NCBI RefSeq assembly: GCF_001194135.2 | Contig: NC_068987.1 | Location: 27,042,997-27,106,996, forward strand | DNA: 64,000 bases | Reading direction: 5' to 3' | Source of the DNA: Octopus bimaculoides | Taxonomy: Eukaryota | Part shown: positions 24,351 through 38,196 of the stretch, piece by piece | Position numbering within the stretch: the stretch's first letter is position 1 | Layout: every line of letters begins with the position of its first letter | Program-made: the position numbers and the translations under genes | The notes under the pieces: generated by a model | What the model saw: only the letters and a program-made list of their open reading frames with translations | Told to the model about the DNA's origin: nothing | The model's database searches: none

Positions 24351-27300
24351 TTAATTTCTGTTACATTATTCGTTGCTTCCATCGTACACAATTGTATTTA
24401 TATTTGTAGTTCCACATTCATTTATTACATGGCAAGCACCTCCCATCTCCTCACTGAGTATTTGATAGTTACCTTCAGTTTTTTGAGCAAATACAAGCTC
24501 TATTTCGTACATTTTGCTACACGTATCCAAATATCTCTAGCTTATAGCATTCCCACTTCTTGTGTTTTCACGTTATATATTTAGTGTACAACATTATATA
24601 TTTAGCGGACAACGATTAAATCTATTATGAAGAAGCTTGGAATATAAACAGTAAAGTGAAATAGAAGAGCAATGAGAGAGACAGATAGCAAAACGAAGGA
24701 AGAGGTAGCTCTATTTAGCATTGTTCTTGGAATATTTACGTGTTTACAGTAACACGTTGCTGAGAAGATCAACATGCTTATGTAATTTTCAAGGAATCTA
24801 AAAGATTCCTTATTGATTTTTGCAGTAATATCCATCGTTTTAAAAATGTTTGAATCGTATTTTATGAAGTATGAAAGATTCACAGAGGCGTTCAGTGCGT
24901 TATATTTTTATCATAATAAGCGCAATAGCTGTCATACAACACGATAAGTTTATCGACAATAAAACTATCGCTATTATCATGGCTTAGAATAGTTATCGAT
25001 GAAGACTGTAAATGTGTACGATCGGCACTCTCTTTATATTAATTTTGCATTTAAAATATGAATATCACTACTTGCCATGCGCACTTATCTTTTATCGATA
25101 TGTACTCAATTCAATATTTAATGTAAGAGAAATGCGATTGAGTTTTAATATAAAGTAGCCAAGTTTTCTTTCTCTCGACAATAAATAGTTTTAATAAATG
25201 CTGAACATGAATAAAATATGAACTCTAACCAGTAAAAACGTTTTCAATTAAATTCCTCTAAATAACAAGAAAAGACTGGGAATTTAAGTGGTAGAAACGG
25301 GAGGGTGCAGAGCGAAATACATTGCGCTAATTTGCCGTCTTTTTCGTTTTTACACTCCTAGTTAAAAATCAAAGTCGACTTTTTCTTACAGTACTGCTGG
25401 ATCTACCGAGACGGTACCGGTAATGTACTCATACGGAATTCAATGGACTATATCTTTCTATATCTGACAGAATATTTATTGTCGTTCTTCCTTGTATACA
25501 CTGTAGTCAGGAACACGCTCCGGTCAGGTATGCACTCTGACCAAGAGGCATATGCTCAAGCCAATGTCATATTTCCCTTTGATCACTACAAAATCAATAA
25601 AATGAAGACTCAATACAATATATTTGTTGCAATTACCAATTACTTTAACTGTTAGTTTTGATAGATTCTGTGAAATTTCAGTTCGAACTTCATGCTACCA
25701 TGTGTTCGGTGTTTTCAATCCAGGTTTCCTACCTCTACGGTAAATTCAACCGGAATCACTGTACAGAGACTTCACTACTGAAGATTGAATGCATAGTTTA
25801 CAGATCCAAAAGCTTACACTATCCGGATTAGCGAGCTAAATAATCGAGAATTCCTGAATAATTTCTGTCAAATAAGTGAGGGTCGGAATAAAATAATACA
25901 TAAAATTAAAATTGTCTATGCTTCATACGGGTACATCCTTTTATCACTTTTTTCGATTATAAGTCTTGACTGCAGGGGTTTGCTGAAGTGCTTTTAATGA
26001 TGGATCACGGGAGAGTGTTCATGAAGATGAACAATATCATTTTCATGGTGGGGACTGTGTCAGAAATCGAGGTTATCGACACTGAAATGGAAAATTTTGA
26101 GTTGGTTAGAGCAAAGAAGACTAACAGAAAGATAAGCTTGCCATATAGCAAGACTGTCTAGTTTACATCACTGGACCAAGTGTCCAGTTAAAGAGGTATG
26201 AGTTTGTTTGGGTTTCCCCAAGACAAGAATCGTGAAGTGATTACTAGGAATTTAGCCGATCCCACTTATAAGTGAAGTGGAAGTTCTCTGAACGTTCATG
26301 TGATGGTAAATTTCTATACTAGTTCGGTGGTGTACTGCAACCAGAATCTTGTACCGTTTTAGGAGTATCTAGAGAGTCGAGTCCTTTGGCACATTCGCTT
26401 CCAGTGTAACATACACATTCCAGTTGTGAAAATGTTCATGTACCGCAACACCCACTTTAGAGGGTTTGATATTCGGGGAGACTAATTTTATGATTTTAAA
26501 CATTAAACTTACAGATTTGAGCCAATATATTTTAAAGATAAATGACTACATATCTTTCCTAAGATATGTCTTGTAAATACTTACATTTCCTTTTCCTAAT
26601 TATATCCTCACTACAGGTGTATTGTTGATACAACATTTGAAAAACTGTGTCGATGATAATATCCTAAGGTAAGAAGTAAGAATTGTCTAACAAAGAAGCT
26701 CACTCCCCAATGTCTATAGCTTCTGGAGAAACCACAGTCTGAGCTTGTGTTTCAGGACATTACGGATGTAGGGAAAATATCTAATACAGATGATGGAAGG
26801 TATGTTTCAACATAACAGCGAAGGCGGTCTGGAAACGAAACATTATTATGGAATGTAACTCAGAAATATATATAAACAATTGCCTTCTTTAACTAAGAAA
26901 TAAGTTTATGAGATTTCAAAAGGAGGTAATCGTCCGTGCATCTCTTACGAAATGTTAGAGTTGTGCAGTTGTCTGAACGATATTAGCAGCGTGTCAAAGA
27001 GGGAGTCTTTACTTGGTACAAATAGTAGTTAAACCACAATGAATTCTCTGTCGATAGTTTAGAAAACGAAGAATATATTGAATCATGTTGCCTTGAACAG
27101 AAAGAAAGGAACAAGAAAAATTATCTGTCGTAGCTTGAGAGCATTTCACGTTGTTTATAATTCTACTTAAACATGGCTGAGGCGTAACTAAATACTACCG
27201 TTACCTTCACTCAGCGACAACAGGAAAAACAATTAGAATAACTACAGTAAGAAAGAGAAAATATTATACTTACAGTCCTACCAAACTTCAGGTGTCGGAG

Positions 27301-30300
27301 CAGTATTTGTAGTATAAAAGTCGAGGGGTTGAATCGAGTGGTAACTGAATTTCATTTGCCGATTCACAGAATCCGAAGAGTTAGCAGCTCATTTAACAGA
27401 AAAAAAAAAGACAAATAGCAGGAGCACGACTACAAAGCCAAGAAAGGAAATGACAAACTCGTGATGCCACTGTTCTTCGTAACACCTTGAAGGTAGTTGT
27501 GTATTACATTGAAACGGATATAAGAAAACTAGAAAACAACAATTTTAGAAGGACAAAAAGAAAATGCCTCCTTTTGAAGGCTTATATTAAAAAGACAAAT
27601 CGCAAGAGACAAATCGCAGGACCTGAACTCGCAGTACTACATAATCATTTAATATTCGTTTTATTTGTTTATGCATATTTTAGGCAATGCGTATCTCAAA
27701 TGTCAACAAAGTTAGGGCAACATCAGTTGTATGAGCTGAGATACGTAAAGTAGGTTCGAAAACTTCGGATAGTAATGCCACTAAATATAAAGTGTAATAA
27801 TTTGGGACGACGAATTCGGCATTCGTTTTCGTTGAGTTTCTCAAGCAAATGAAAACTTTTTTTTGTTTTGATTAAGAACAGCCATCAGGCGAAATAAGTA
27901 AAACATCATGAGCGGTTATTTTTGTTCCCTTGATTAATACGAATCAGTCAGTCATTCGTTATGGCTGACTAAGCTAGATTTTATTATTACGAACATCAAA
28001 TGGTGTCAAGCCTCCAGAATCATTAGATCGTCGGAAGAAATGCTGTATGAGTTCAAATCATATCAGTGTCAACTCTGTGTTTCATTCTTTAGGTGTCAAA
28101 GAAATAAAGCAACAGTCAACATTCTCCAGGTTCTACCTACTTCGTGCCCTTGTTCAAGGCACAAACTAGGAAATTTAATTCAGTATGTTTTGTTAAACAC
28201 TCACATCTCAAATCCCATCAGTGTTGTTTTTGAAATTCCCAAATTCTAGGTCGTTACAATGTATACTTGTTATATATTGGAGTCAGTTCTCTAGATTGTC
28301 TTCTTGCGTAATAACTGCAGATAACTAAATCGCTTTTTACCTCATCTGTTTCTGCGTTACGCTTCAAAGTTATTCAAGAAGTTAGTGTTTCCTTTTTTAG
28401 AAATAAACAAAGCTGGAAATATCTCCCAGAGCAAAAATGGACATGAGTTTTGTTTGCCGAACGAGTGAATGTTTTAATGTGGTTGCGAAGCGAAAGATAT
28501 ATCTTAAATAAATGCAATAAATGGATGAAATATCATTAAGTAATTGCTGAAATCCTTCGTTATTTATTGAAAACGATGAATGCAAGTAATACCATTCAAT
28601 AATTGAGCAAATCTCTCGCTAAGAAAGGTTTAAATTCTCATAAACGCGATTAAATAAGTGTTTAAATGTATGAGAGGAACACCATAATCTCGTTTNNNNN
28701 NNNNNNNNNNNNNNNNNNNNNNNNNNNNNNNNNNNNNNNNNNNNNNNNNNNNNNNNNNNNNNNNNNNNNNNNNNNNNNNNNNNNNNNNNNNNNNNNNNNN
28801 NNNNNNNNNNNNNNNNNNNNNNNNNNNNNNNNNNNNGTTTAATAAAATTATATGCTTTTTGAAGCAGTTTACAGTGTCCCCAGAAAGAATTATATGAATG
28901 CGAACAATATTTTTATCTTCTCAAAAATAAAGGAAGGAAGCAAAACATTTCGTTAATATTTTCATTTGAAAGTGTTGGTCTGTTTAAATACTTGTGTTTT
29001 ACATCACCAGTTCGCACACTTCTGTTCACTATTTTTGTTTTTACTTTACTATCGTTATTATATAATTTCTTGTATAATTTCGTTTTCCAGGAAGCATTCG
29101 TTCCTCAATATATTTTCACTGAAGACTCTTTTAAATTTAACTATTGATAAGGCAAAAGCGTTTGCTTCCATGTATCACTAGAAAAAATGACTCAGAATAA
29201 TATGTAATGTAATAAAACAAAGTTGTAGTGATGTTTAAATTAAATTTATGCATCGAAATCATGATTGAAATAGGTGAAATGTAGGTGTACAATTATCTGT
29301 GAATTATTACAGGGGTAAACTGATATTTGCAATAACAGAAAATAATACTCAGTAGAACTTTAGAAAAGTTTGACATGTATATTTGCATTACCCAAAACTA
29401 ATAATATTGGCATTTGTATTAAGCGTGTACATTGGCTGTTGCATTTCACAGAATTTCAGTTAACCCCAAATTTATATGCCTCCAGAGAGAATTTGTTAAT
29501 TTAGTTGCTTCAAATCTGAAACATACAGAACAGATTCAGTAAGAAAGCAGTTATTTAGCGATGACGATGGGAAAATATTCGGTTTTTGAAGGATCAATCA
29601 TTTCAAATATATGAGTAAAATTAGGCAGGAAGGGAAGCTATCATGTTTTTCTCTCATCGCGTATCCATCTTGTAACAATACTTCCCAAGAATTTTCAAAA
29701 GATGAGTAGGTGACTACCAAATAGAAGCTGAACGTTATTCTCGTAATCGCTTACATTCATTCATTCCTTTTGGTACTCTATGTGTGAAAACACATATTCT
29801 TGGTATGACAATAGGAGGAATTGCTTTCCTTAATATTCTTCAGATCTGTACGGAAGTTTTGATAACAAGTGATTATCGGAGCATAGTGTCCTGAAATGAG
29901 AAAGTTCCAATGTCCAAAAATACTTCAAATTTTCGGTGAGTAGGAATAGATTTAGTGCGGTCAGCATTCAGCAAGGGACAGTTATATGGCTCTTTTTCCC
30001 GAGTTCGAAAACTCTTTGAGCTGAATTTGTGAAGAGTAATATGCGAAAAAGTTGGAAGCAAACTAAATTGTATAAAGCGGGGTTTTAATTAAATATTGTA
30101 TGCAGTGGGATCAAACATCTACATCTGCAGAGTTATGCTTACATTTCTTCAAGAATTTAAAAGAGTATATTTAGGAGAATGTGCTTGACAACATTTGGAG
30201 CTATTTAAAGTTTACAATTTACTATCTATCCTCCAACAGACATCATAGATATCTACGAGAGGAGCCGGAAATTAATACAATTTTTATTTGCATTATTTGT

Positions 30301-30719
30301 TGACTTAGTACACGCTAAACATGCGTAGCTCCATTCATTTGGCCCATTCTTTCTATTTATACCAACTTTTTAGAAATTTACTGGGAGGCAACATCTCCCT
30401 CTCCACCACCAAATTACTTTCTAAATGGAACTTGAAAATGTTGATGAGGGCTTGGCCGAAAGAAATTGTCTATCTTCAGTTCATTGGATTGTGTCCACCA
30501 CACGACTACTTTTGCCGTAGCTACTAGTTATAGGAAAACTACCTGCTTTTTCCAGACAAAGGAAAGTGTTAGTAGATAACTCATACGCACAAAACGGTTG
30601 TGAAAGGACACTAATGACGGAACGAGTATGTGAATTGAAAAGGCTAAATTTAATCAGACGTCTAATCATTTACCGTTGTATATTAAAGCTAAAGTTGGAT
30701 CAATAAGTAAAGAGGAGTA

Positions 30720-31370
30720 AGACGCAGCAAACATGCGTTAATATATGAAGAAGGCGCTGTCAGCTTTCACTATATCTGTTCAACCTTACTCTCAGCGTAA
30801 TTCTGGGTAAGATCGACCACATTTCTCATCATTTACTCCCAGTTCTTGTCCCCACTTTGGTATAGAAGTAACAAAATCCCAAGCAATTTAACCACTTTGT
30901 TCGTCCAGTGCTCCACGACGCATTTGGGTGCTATATTACGTTCCTACGCATACCTTGCTGCAATCTCACTAACTTTTCTTGGTTGATTTTGTCACCGCCT
31001 CAAAGTGCCATAAAGATGTGCCGATCGCATGGATGTGACTCGTGATAGACACTATGATGGAGATACCGTTCGCCTTTGCCCACATGAATTTTCTGCATCC
31101 TAGCTCGTGTGAGGTGCCCTTAAATGTCTCTAGATCCCATGATATTAGCTGAAGTGTCAGTACTTACATAAGTGAGGAGAGGAGAGAAGTGCATGATACT
31201 GAATGTTTCTGTTAGATGGCCATCCACCCTAACTATTGAGCAGATGTCGCTGTACATTGCAGTGATAAGGTTGTTTGTCAGTCTACCACACATATAAGCA
31301 TTCATTTGCTTATTCAAGCGTGCAACATATTTGACCAATGTATGGTGATTAACAAATACGTTGTTATATA
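30720..31370 (-). mobile_element. Tx1/L1-like LINE reverse-transcriptase relic
   Basis: LITAMYSDICSIVRVDGHLTETFSI..SPLL, then KINQEKLV; frameshifts and stops. Confidence 0.7.
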
Positions 31371-32004
31371 AAAGGATGAGAGGGGCAGAGTCGTAAAATA
31401 CGTGTATAAATATACACAAAGTTTAAAAACTGATACTAATATATGCTTAGAATAAATAAACACCCTCATACAAATACCTTCCCGACCCTCCCGCACACAT
31501 ACATTGTAAAATTTTGTAGATTTAAATCTTCGCTTTATTTTGTGTGAAAATAGTTTCCTTTATTCCCTTGGGGGAGTATGATAACAGTATATATATATGT
31601 ATATATTCCAACGGCTATAAATTATTTTTAATAACATTTAATGGAATCTATCCACCATGTTTTATTTCATTTTGATGTAAATTAGAGTACTTTTTGTAGA
31701 AGAATAAATATGATTTACAATAGTACACTTTAATATAGACTTAATATTTTCACTGTAACCGGCACATAACAGTTCTAATTTAAGGATCACTGAACAATGA
31801 TGTTGCATGATGTAAACATTTCTCTCAGAATGTGTTATAGTCTCATTTGGTCACCTTTTCACTATTTCATTCAATGCCTAAAGCTCAAATATACAACAGA
31901 TATTTGTCAACCAACTTAACACCTTACTACCATAGAGAAGACTTTCAAGAAAATTAGTTGTAATTTCTACCTGTCATGACTTGAGTTATTCATACAGATA
32001 ATAT

Positions 32005-32210
32005 TTTCTACTCTAAGCACAAGAATCGAAATTTTGTTGGAGAGGGCCAGTCAATTAGATCGACCCCAGTACACAATTGGTCCTTAATTTATCGACCCCG
32101 AAAGGATGAAAGGCAAAGTTTCCCTCGGCGGAATTTGAACTCAAAACGTAAAGACAGACGAAATACCGCTAAGCATTTCGCCTGGCGTGTTAAAGTTTCT
32201 GCCAGCTTAG
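32005..32210 (-). mobile_element. Meta-domain-type SINE
   Basis: Near-consensus reverse complement. Confidence 0.88.
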
Positions 32211-32229
32211 GTAATCATTGATAGGTTTA

Positions 32230-32470
32230 GATACCACCCAGTCTATGATTATTTGCGGTGCTGCTCCTAGCAAGTAGCTGGGATCATGCTATCCTCACTT
32301 AGGCATGCCTCTCCTTCTCCAGTAACATTTGTATTTAATGCAGCAACTCAGCACCAAACGTTACGTCCACTCCTTCCCAGAACGTCGGCTCTCTGTAGTT
32401 CAACCCCTGCTGATATCAGATTTGCAGGTTTCTATATACGAACATTAATGACATCGAACGCACTAGTCTG
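32230..32470 (+). mobile_element. CR1/L2-like LINE 3' end, decayed
   Basis: LLPRTSALCSSTPADI..QVSIRTLMT resembles FFPRT..LWNSLP..IF...NL..FK..IN; related to 56200-56620. Confidence 0.55.
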
Positions 32471-33365
32471 AGTCATAAGAGCAATCTACTTTCTCCTAAC
32501 CAATCAAATATAAGATCTGCAGTTGCTATTTATTGCAAAACACCATATCTCACGGTCTCCACTGCATTCGCGTTTTAATTCATTCTAACTCATTTCTGAC
32601 TTAAATTCTAGTAGTTGTGTCATATGCTTCTCTGACCGCAGTCACTTTCTTTTCTCGCCCTGAGAGTAGATTTGATTAATTAAAATTTGTTGACTTCTAG
32701 GATTATAAAGTAGCATCCAATTATTAATTAGTCCTAATTTCCTAAGTTTAAATATGTGTGCTGCAGCAAGTCACTTGGACGTTCTATGTAGCAGTGCTAT
32801 ATAACTAAATTATGTTGTTATCTTGCAGTACTTATTAGAAATTTTCTTATGGAAATGAGCCAATGGAATCGCACATAAATCAAAGTAAATTCCATAACGA
32901 CAAAATCAAACGGTAAATAAACATGAAAAGAAAATGCAGCAGTTCAGTGCCAACTATGTTGCAGCGATACTATTATCAAATCAAGAGAATTCGAAGAAAG
33001 AATGGAATAATAAATATGATTGTTGTACGCGATAACAACACTATAACTAAAGGTTCAATTAATTATTCTGTTGAAACACTACAGGAGAAACTATAAGGTT
33101 TATAAAGTCACGTATACTCTAAGGAAATGAAATCAGTATGAACTGAAGGAAAATATTATCTCCGATTAAAACCTAGAAGGTAGAAACAAATAAAAATTTA
33201 CGATAACAAGAGACGTTGAAGAAGAATATGAGCACATTTTTCGTGAAACTTAATGACTGCTTATACATACAGACATGCATACATACATACATACATACAT
33301 ACATACACATACACATACACACACACGCACGCGCACGCATACACACACACACACACTCACACACA

Positions 33366-33403
<38 letters not shown>

Positions 33404-33406
<3 letters not shown>

Positions 33407-33690
33407 AGGCGCAATGGCCCAGTGGTTAGGGCAGCGGACTTGCGGTCATANNNNNNNNNNNNNNNNNNNNNNNNNNNNNNNNNGATCGCGGTTTCGATTC
33501 CCAGACCGAGCATTGTGAGTGTTTATTGAGCGAAAACACCTAAAGCTCCACGAGGCTCCGGCAGGGGATGGTGGTGAACCATGCTGTACTCTTCCACCAC
33601 AACTTTCTCTCACTCTTACTTCCTGTTTTTGTTGTGCCTGTAATTCAAAGGGTCAGCCTTGTCACCCTGTGTCACGCTGAACATCCCACC
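33404..33690 (+). mobile_element. Third tRNA-derived SINE family (OR-type), spans a gap
   Basis: A-box-like tggcccagtgg, B-box-like ggtttcgattcc, unique body gagcgaaaacacctaaagctccacgagg. Confidence 0.8.
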
Positions 33691-35064
33691 TACTTTATTT
33701 CCAATTCAAACTCACTGATGTTATTGACACAAAAACAAAATTCTAGAATTAAGCCCCACTCAAAATGTGTACCAGTACCAGCACCAGTACCAAATATTGC
33801 TTGAACCAGATACTTGGTAAACTGCAAAGACGTTGCGAAATATGAGGCCTGGCTATAAGTAACGCATTTCAAAAAGGTACATGAAGTTACCGAATAAAAA
33901 AACATCAGTTGCCAGTTATGGCAGTTCACCAATCACTCGTCTAAAAAACAAAACAAAAACAAAACAAAACATGAAGAACTCTTCCAAAAGTTGCTTTTTG
34001 TTGCTATCACATTTCAGAGGGGGTAAAACCTCCGTTACTTGAGAGGCAATCGTTAGGTAAATATCTAGGTATGTTGCTAGCCTCATCACGTCAATATCTG
34101 CGAAAATTTCAAGTTCTCTACCGATGAAAAGAAAAATGCTCCTTGGACAATTTCTCTATCTGCATACATAAACTCACTGTAAAGCAGATCCAGTTCGCCA
34201 AATGCTGTTAATATCACCCCGCCGATTCTGTTCAGTCACTGCATGTTGAAGTAAAACAAAAATCATGTCACCAGAGGCATAATCTTTTGAAGTCGTTATA
34301 AGAAATGCGAGAATTTGAAAAAAATTCTCGCTTCCTTTATTAAAACTATATNNNNNNNNNNNNNNNNNNNNNNNNNNNNNNNNNNNNNNNNNNNNNNNNN
34401 NNNNNNNNNNNNNNNNNNNNNNNNNNNNNNNNNNNNNNNNNNNNNNNNNNNNNNNNNNNNNNNNNNNNNNNNNNNNNNNNNNNNNNNNNNNNNNNNNNNN
34501 NNNNNNNNNNNNNNNNNNNNNNNNNNNNNNNNNNNNNNNNNNNNNNNNNNNNNNNNNNNNNNNNNNNNNNNNNNNNNNNNNNNNNNNNNNNNNNNNNNNN
34601 NNNNNNNNNNNNNNNNNNNNNNNNNNNNNNNNNNNNNNNNNNNNNNNNNNNNNNNNNNNNNNNNNNNNNNNNNNNNNNNNNNNNNNATAAATATATATAA
34701 TTAACAATTCACTTAAATTGAATGAACCCAATGGATAATGGTATTTCTATGATTTCAATACTTGAACTGCTTCCGTTTTTCTTCCATGTCATCATCTCCT
34801 CTCTTATACCATGGGATACAAATTATAGTTTCAACATTGCTACACGCTTATGCTGGTTGAATTTCAAACTATTTCCAATATGGGCACGCGACTTGTCTTT
34901 GTCCTTCTCCGAGAAGCGGTTGAACAGGAGCATTTTGTTGGTAAAATTTCAATATCATTCTTATTGTAGTTTTTGTTAACTAATATCTATCAGCTATGCC
35001 ATTATCTTCTATAGCACGAATTTGCTACAGAGACACATGCACCAGAACACACACCTGTATCTTT

Positions 35065-35428
35065 TATCTTTTTTTACTTGTTTTAGTCATTAGACTGCGG
35101 CCATGCTCGAGCCCCGCTTTGATTTTTTTTTTAGTCGTATGAATAGACTTCAGTACATTTTTAATGCCTGGCACTTATTCTATCGGTCACTTTTGCCGAA
35201 TCACTAAGCTACGAAGATGCAAACACCACGGAGGCGGAAGGAAAAACACCCACACGCACACATACATATACATACATAGATAAACGACGGTCTTCTTACA
35301 GTTTTCGTTTATCACTCTACTAAATCCATTCACGAGGCTTTGGTTGGTTCGAGTCTACAGTAGTAGAAGCTCTTTGATCACGTTGCCACGCAGTGCGACT
35401 GAACCTTCTTACCACACAGCCACGCCCA
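35065..35428 (-). mobile_element. CORE-like SINE, decayed (head 35283-35428, tail 35065-35230)
   Basis: Reverse complement of head and tail motifs. Confidence 0.75.
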
Positions 35429-35574
35429 CATAAGTTAGAGGTAACAGATAGTACCAAAGTACATACTTCTCTGCAAATATCAACTTGATACAGGTTTCAC
35501 TGAAAGCACTTTTGTCATGTTATTTGCATAGTTTGTGTAGCTTACAAAGGATAAGGGTTAATATTATCAGTTGA

Positions 35575-35960
35575 GAGAATCGTTAGCAAGCCGGGCAAGA
35601 TGCTTTGCGACATTTAGTCCGTCTTTACGTTCTGATTTCAAATTCCGGCAAGGTGGACTTTGCCTTTCATCCTTTCGGGGTCGATAAAATAAGCACCAAT
35701 TGAACACTTGAAATCCATCGATTTAACCCTCCTACAAACCTGCCAGCCTTGTGCCAACATTTGGAACCATTATTAATTGGCGTATTTCGTCCGTCTTTAC
35801 GTTTGGAGTCAGTTCAAATTCCGCCGGAGTTGACTTTGCCGTTCACCCTATCGGGACCAATAAAATAAGTAGTAGTCGAACACTGGGGTTGATGCAATCG
35901 CTTTACCCACTCCCTGTAGATTTTCTGGCCATGCGCCAACATTTTAAACCAATGTTATTA
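35575..35960 (+). mobile_element. Two tandem Meta-domain-type SINE copies
   Basis: Two successive cores at about 35655-35695 and 35830-35870. Confidence 0.8.
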
Positions 35961-37799
35961 ATACGGATGTTAATGTTCCTATATTGCTTATTTATTCAAC
36001 AAGCGCCTCTAATGTATGTATATTCTGGTTTTCATAGAATTTCTGTGAAACATTAAAATTCAAGAGATGTCTAATTCATTTTCGCATAAGAACTACGGAT
36101 ATTTTGCACATAGTATTTATAATCTTCTCCAAACTCACTTCTCATGTTCCTTTTCTCTCATTCCTAGTTCGGTATTATATGTATAGTATGTCTGGCCGAC
36201 CTTGCTCCTTTCAAACCTAGTAAGGCAAACAGAAGAATTCAGATTTCTCTTTATTTCCTTTTGTTCTGTTATTTGTCGATTTTCGAATCTACTTTTGCTA
36301 TGTTATTAACGTTCAGCTTATCTTCATATTTATTTCATTCCTTTGTTCCGAATATCAAGTGGTCGAGTTACAAGCATTTCTTCAATTCTACTCCTATGAA
36401 ATTTCTTTCTTAAATATCTTCCAATTATTCTATTTATTCATATGAATTATTGAGTAGCCTTATTGCTTTAAGAGGAAATATCAATGTCGCCAAAACCAAA
36501 TCAGAATTACTCTAGGATTGAAAACATTGGATGCTGAATCATTACATTAGTCACAATACCACTGCCTGAACACTCACTTTTCTTTTCTTCTCAATCTAAT
36601 TCTGAATCTTCTTTTAATAAAATCACGTATAATACCTCTAATATCAATAGATATATACCTTACGCATTTTAATGCTTTTCTGTAACTACACACGTTTTCT
36701 ATTAAATTGTGAATACGCAAAAATTTAGCTAACCTTTATTCACTTATTGGCCATGCTGCAGCACCGCCTTCAAATGTAAAATTAATCAAATTAACTCCAG
36801 TACGTGACTACGACATAACTTTTCGATCTCGGAAGAACCGAATCAAAGAGATGTTGGGGACATTTGAGCTCAAGTATAACGAAATATCAGTAGATAACAT
36901 GTATTTGTTTTTTTGTCTGAGAGTCTACAAATGGGAGAGAGTATAAGCTATCGTCTGAACCGCTAGAAATAACATGTAAATCACATACAAATCTGACACA
37001 CTCCCGTCTTTAGTGAAGAAAAGCTCAGTGCATGAGAAACGAAAAGAACAATGTCCTATTGCAGTGCGGCTAGAAAACTGATGGAATGGTCACGGCTGGA
37101 ATATCTTTTATTATAAGTCTTCTCGATGAGATATAATCCAGGCTCAATCACAATAAGCAAAACCGTATTCTCCTGTTTCTAAAAGAAAACCTAAACATCT
37201 CCAAGTGCGACATACCATACACCCAACTGTTACATTGCTTCCTTAAACACATTTATTGGATTATTGGCATATTTTCTCCTGACATAAATTTTATGACTGA
37301 AAACTTATTCCATTAATTCCACTTCAAGATCTCTAAATGTTCCTCATTACTGTTATTAAACTGAGTCAGACATATCCATTTTCCTGAAAAATACAAATAT
37401 AAATGGACTAGGGATTAATATTGGAGTGGTATAACAGAGGCACCAGAACACACATTTGCATGCAGGGTAAGAATATAATTGATTGAATGGATTCCGAACA
37501 TTATTGATACTTAAAAGGTCCAGAGAGAGATATAAGGCAAATTTCAATCCTGTCAGGTTAGAACTATTGATTTATCATTTAATCAGTGTTATTGATGTAT
37601 TCAATACTGCATCATATTTGTTCATCTATGCTCGAAAAAGTTTCAATGCAGTAGACAGCAAAAACAATGAGTCTTTTGAAAAATCCTTTCCGATATTGAA
37701 TTGTTAATCTCCTTTACATTGTGAGGTGAAGCGAGAATTAAAATATACTGAGCGCCTGTTTATCGATTATCTTCTCCTTTATTTGTTTGTGGATTTCAG

Positions 37800-37960
37800 A
37801 TCACATTCTGTTAAGGAAAGGACAATTGCACGTAAAAACACGTAACTTACTAACATCTGCATTGAAGAATTTGTGGCACTCTTCTCGGACAAAAATCATA
37901 CAATTATTATTTCTGTTGCATGCATTCACTATGAATCCGACTGCAGCTATGTGCATTCAG
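37800..37960 (+). CDS. Isolated candidate exon (DHILLRKGQLHVKTRNLL...AAMCIQ)
   Basis: Long pyrimidine tract + ttcAG, consensus donor CAG|GTAAGA, 161 nt open, phase 1 to 0. Confidence 0.3.
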
Positions 37961-38196
37961 GTAAGAAGTAGTGATTTCTTTCACTTGTATTTAAAGTAGT
38001 GAACGACTCCAGTTCAATTCCGAGACTATGCATATTATTTTATCTTTGAACAGACACCTAATTTTCCACTTTTTATTATATTTAACTGTAAAGAGCACAA
38101 TTAAGGTGCCAATGTAATCCACTTCACCACCAGCTGTCACGTTCTACTTATTCCGTTGAAATTTAGAAAGTGACTACGTTTGCTCACACCTACATA

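Noticed and set aside
34307-34331. 10-bp-stem hairpin GCGAGAATTT..AAATTCTCGC
   Set aside because: Short, mostly AT, next to a gap; the context cannot be evaluated.
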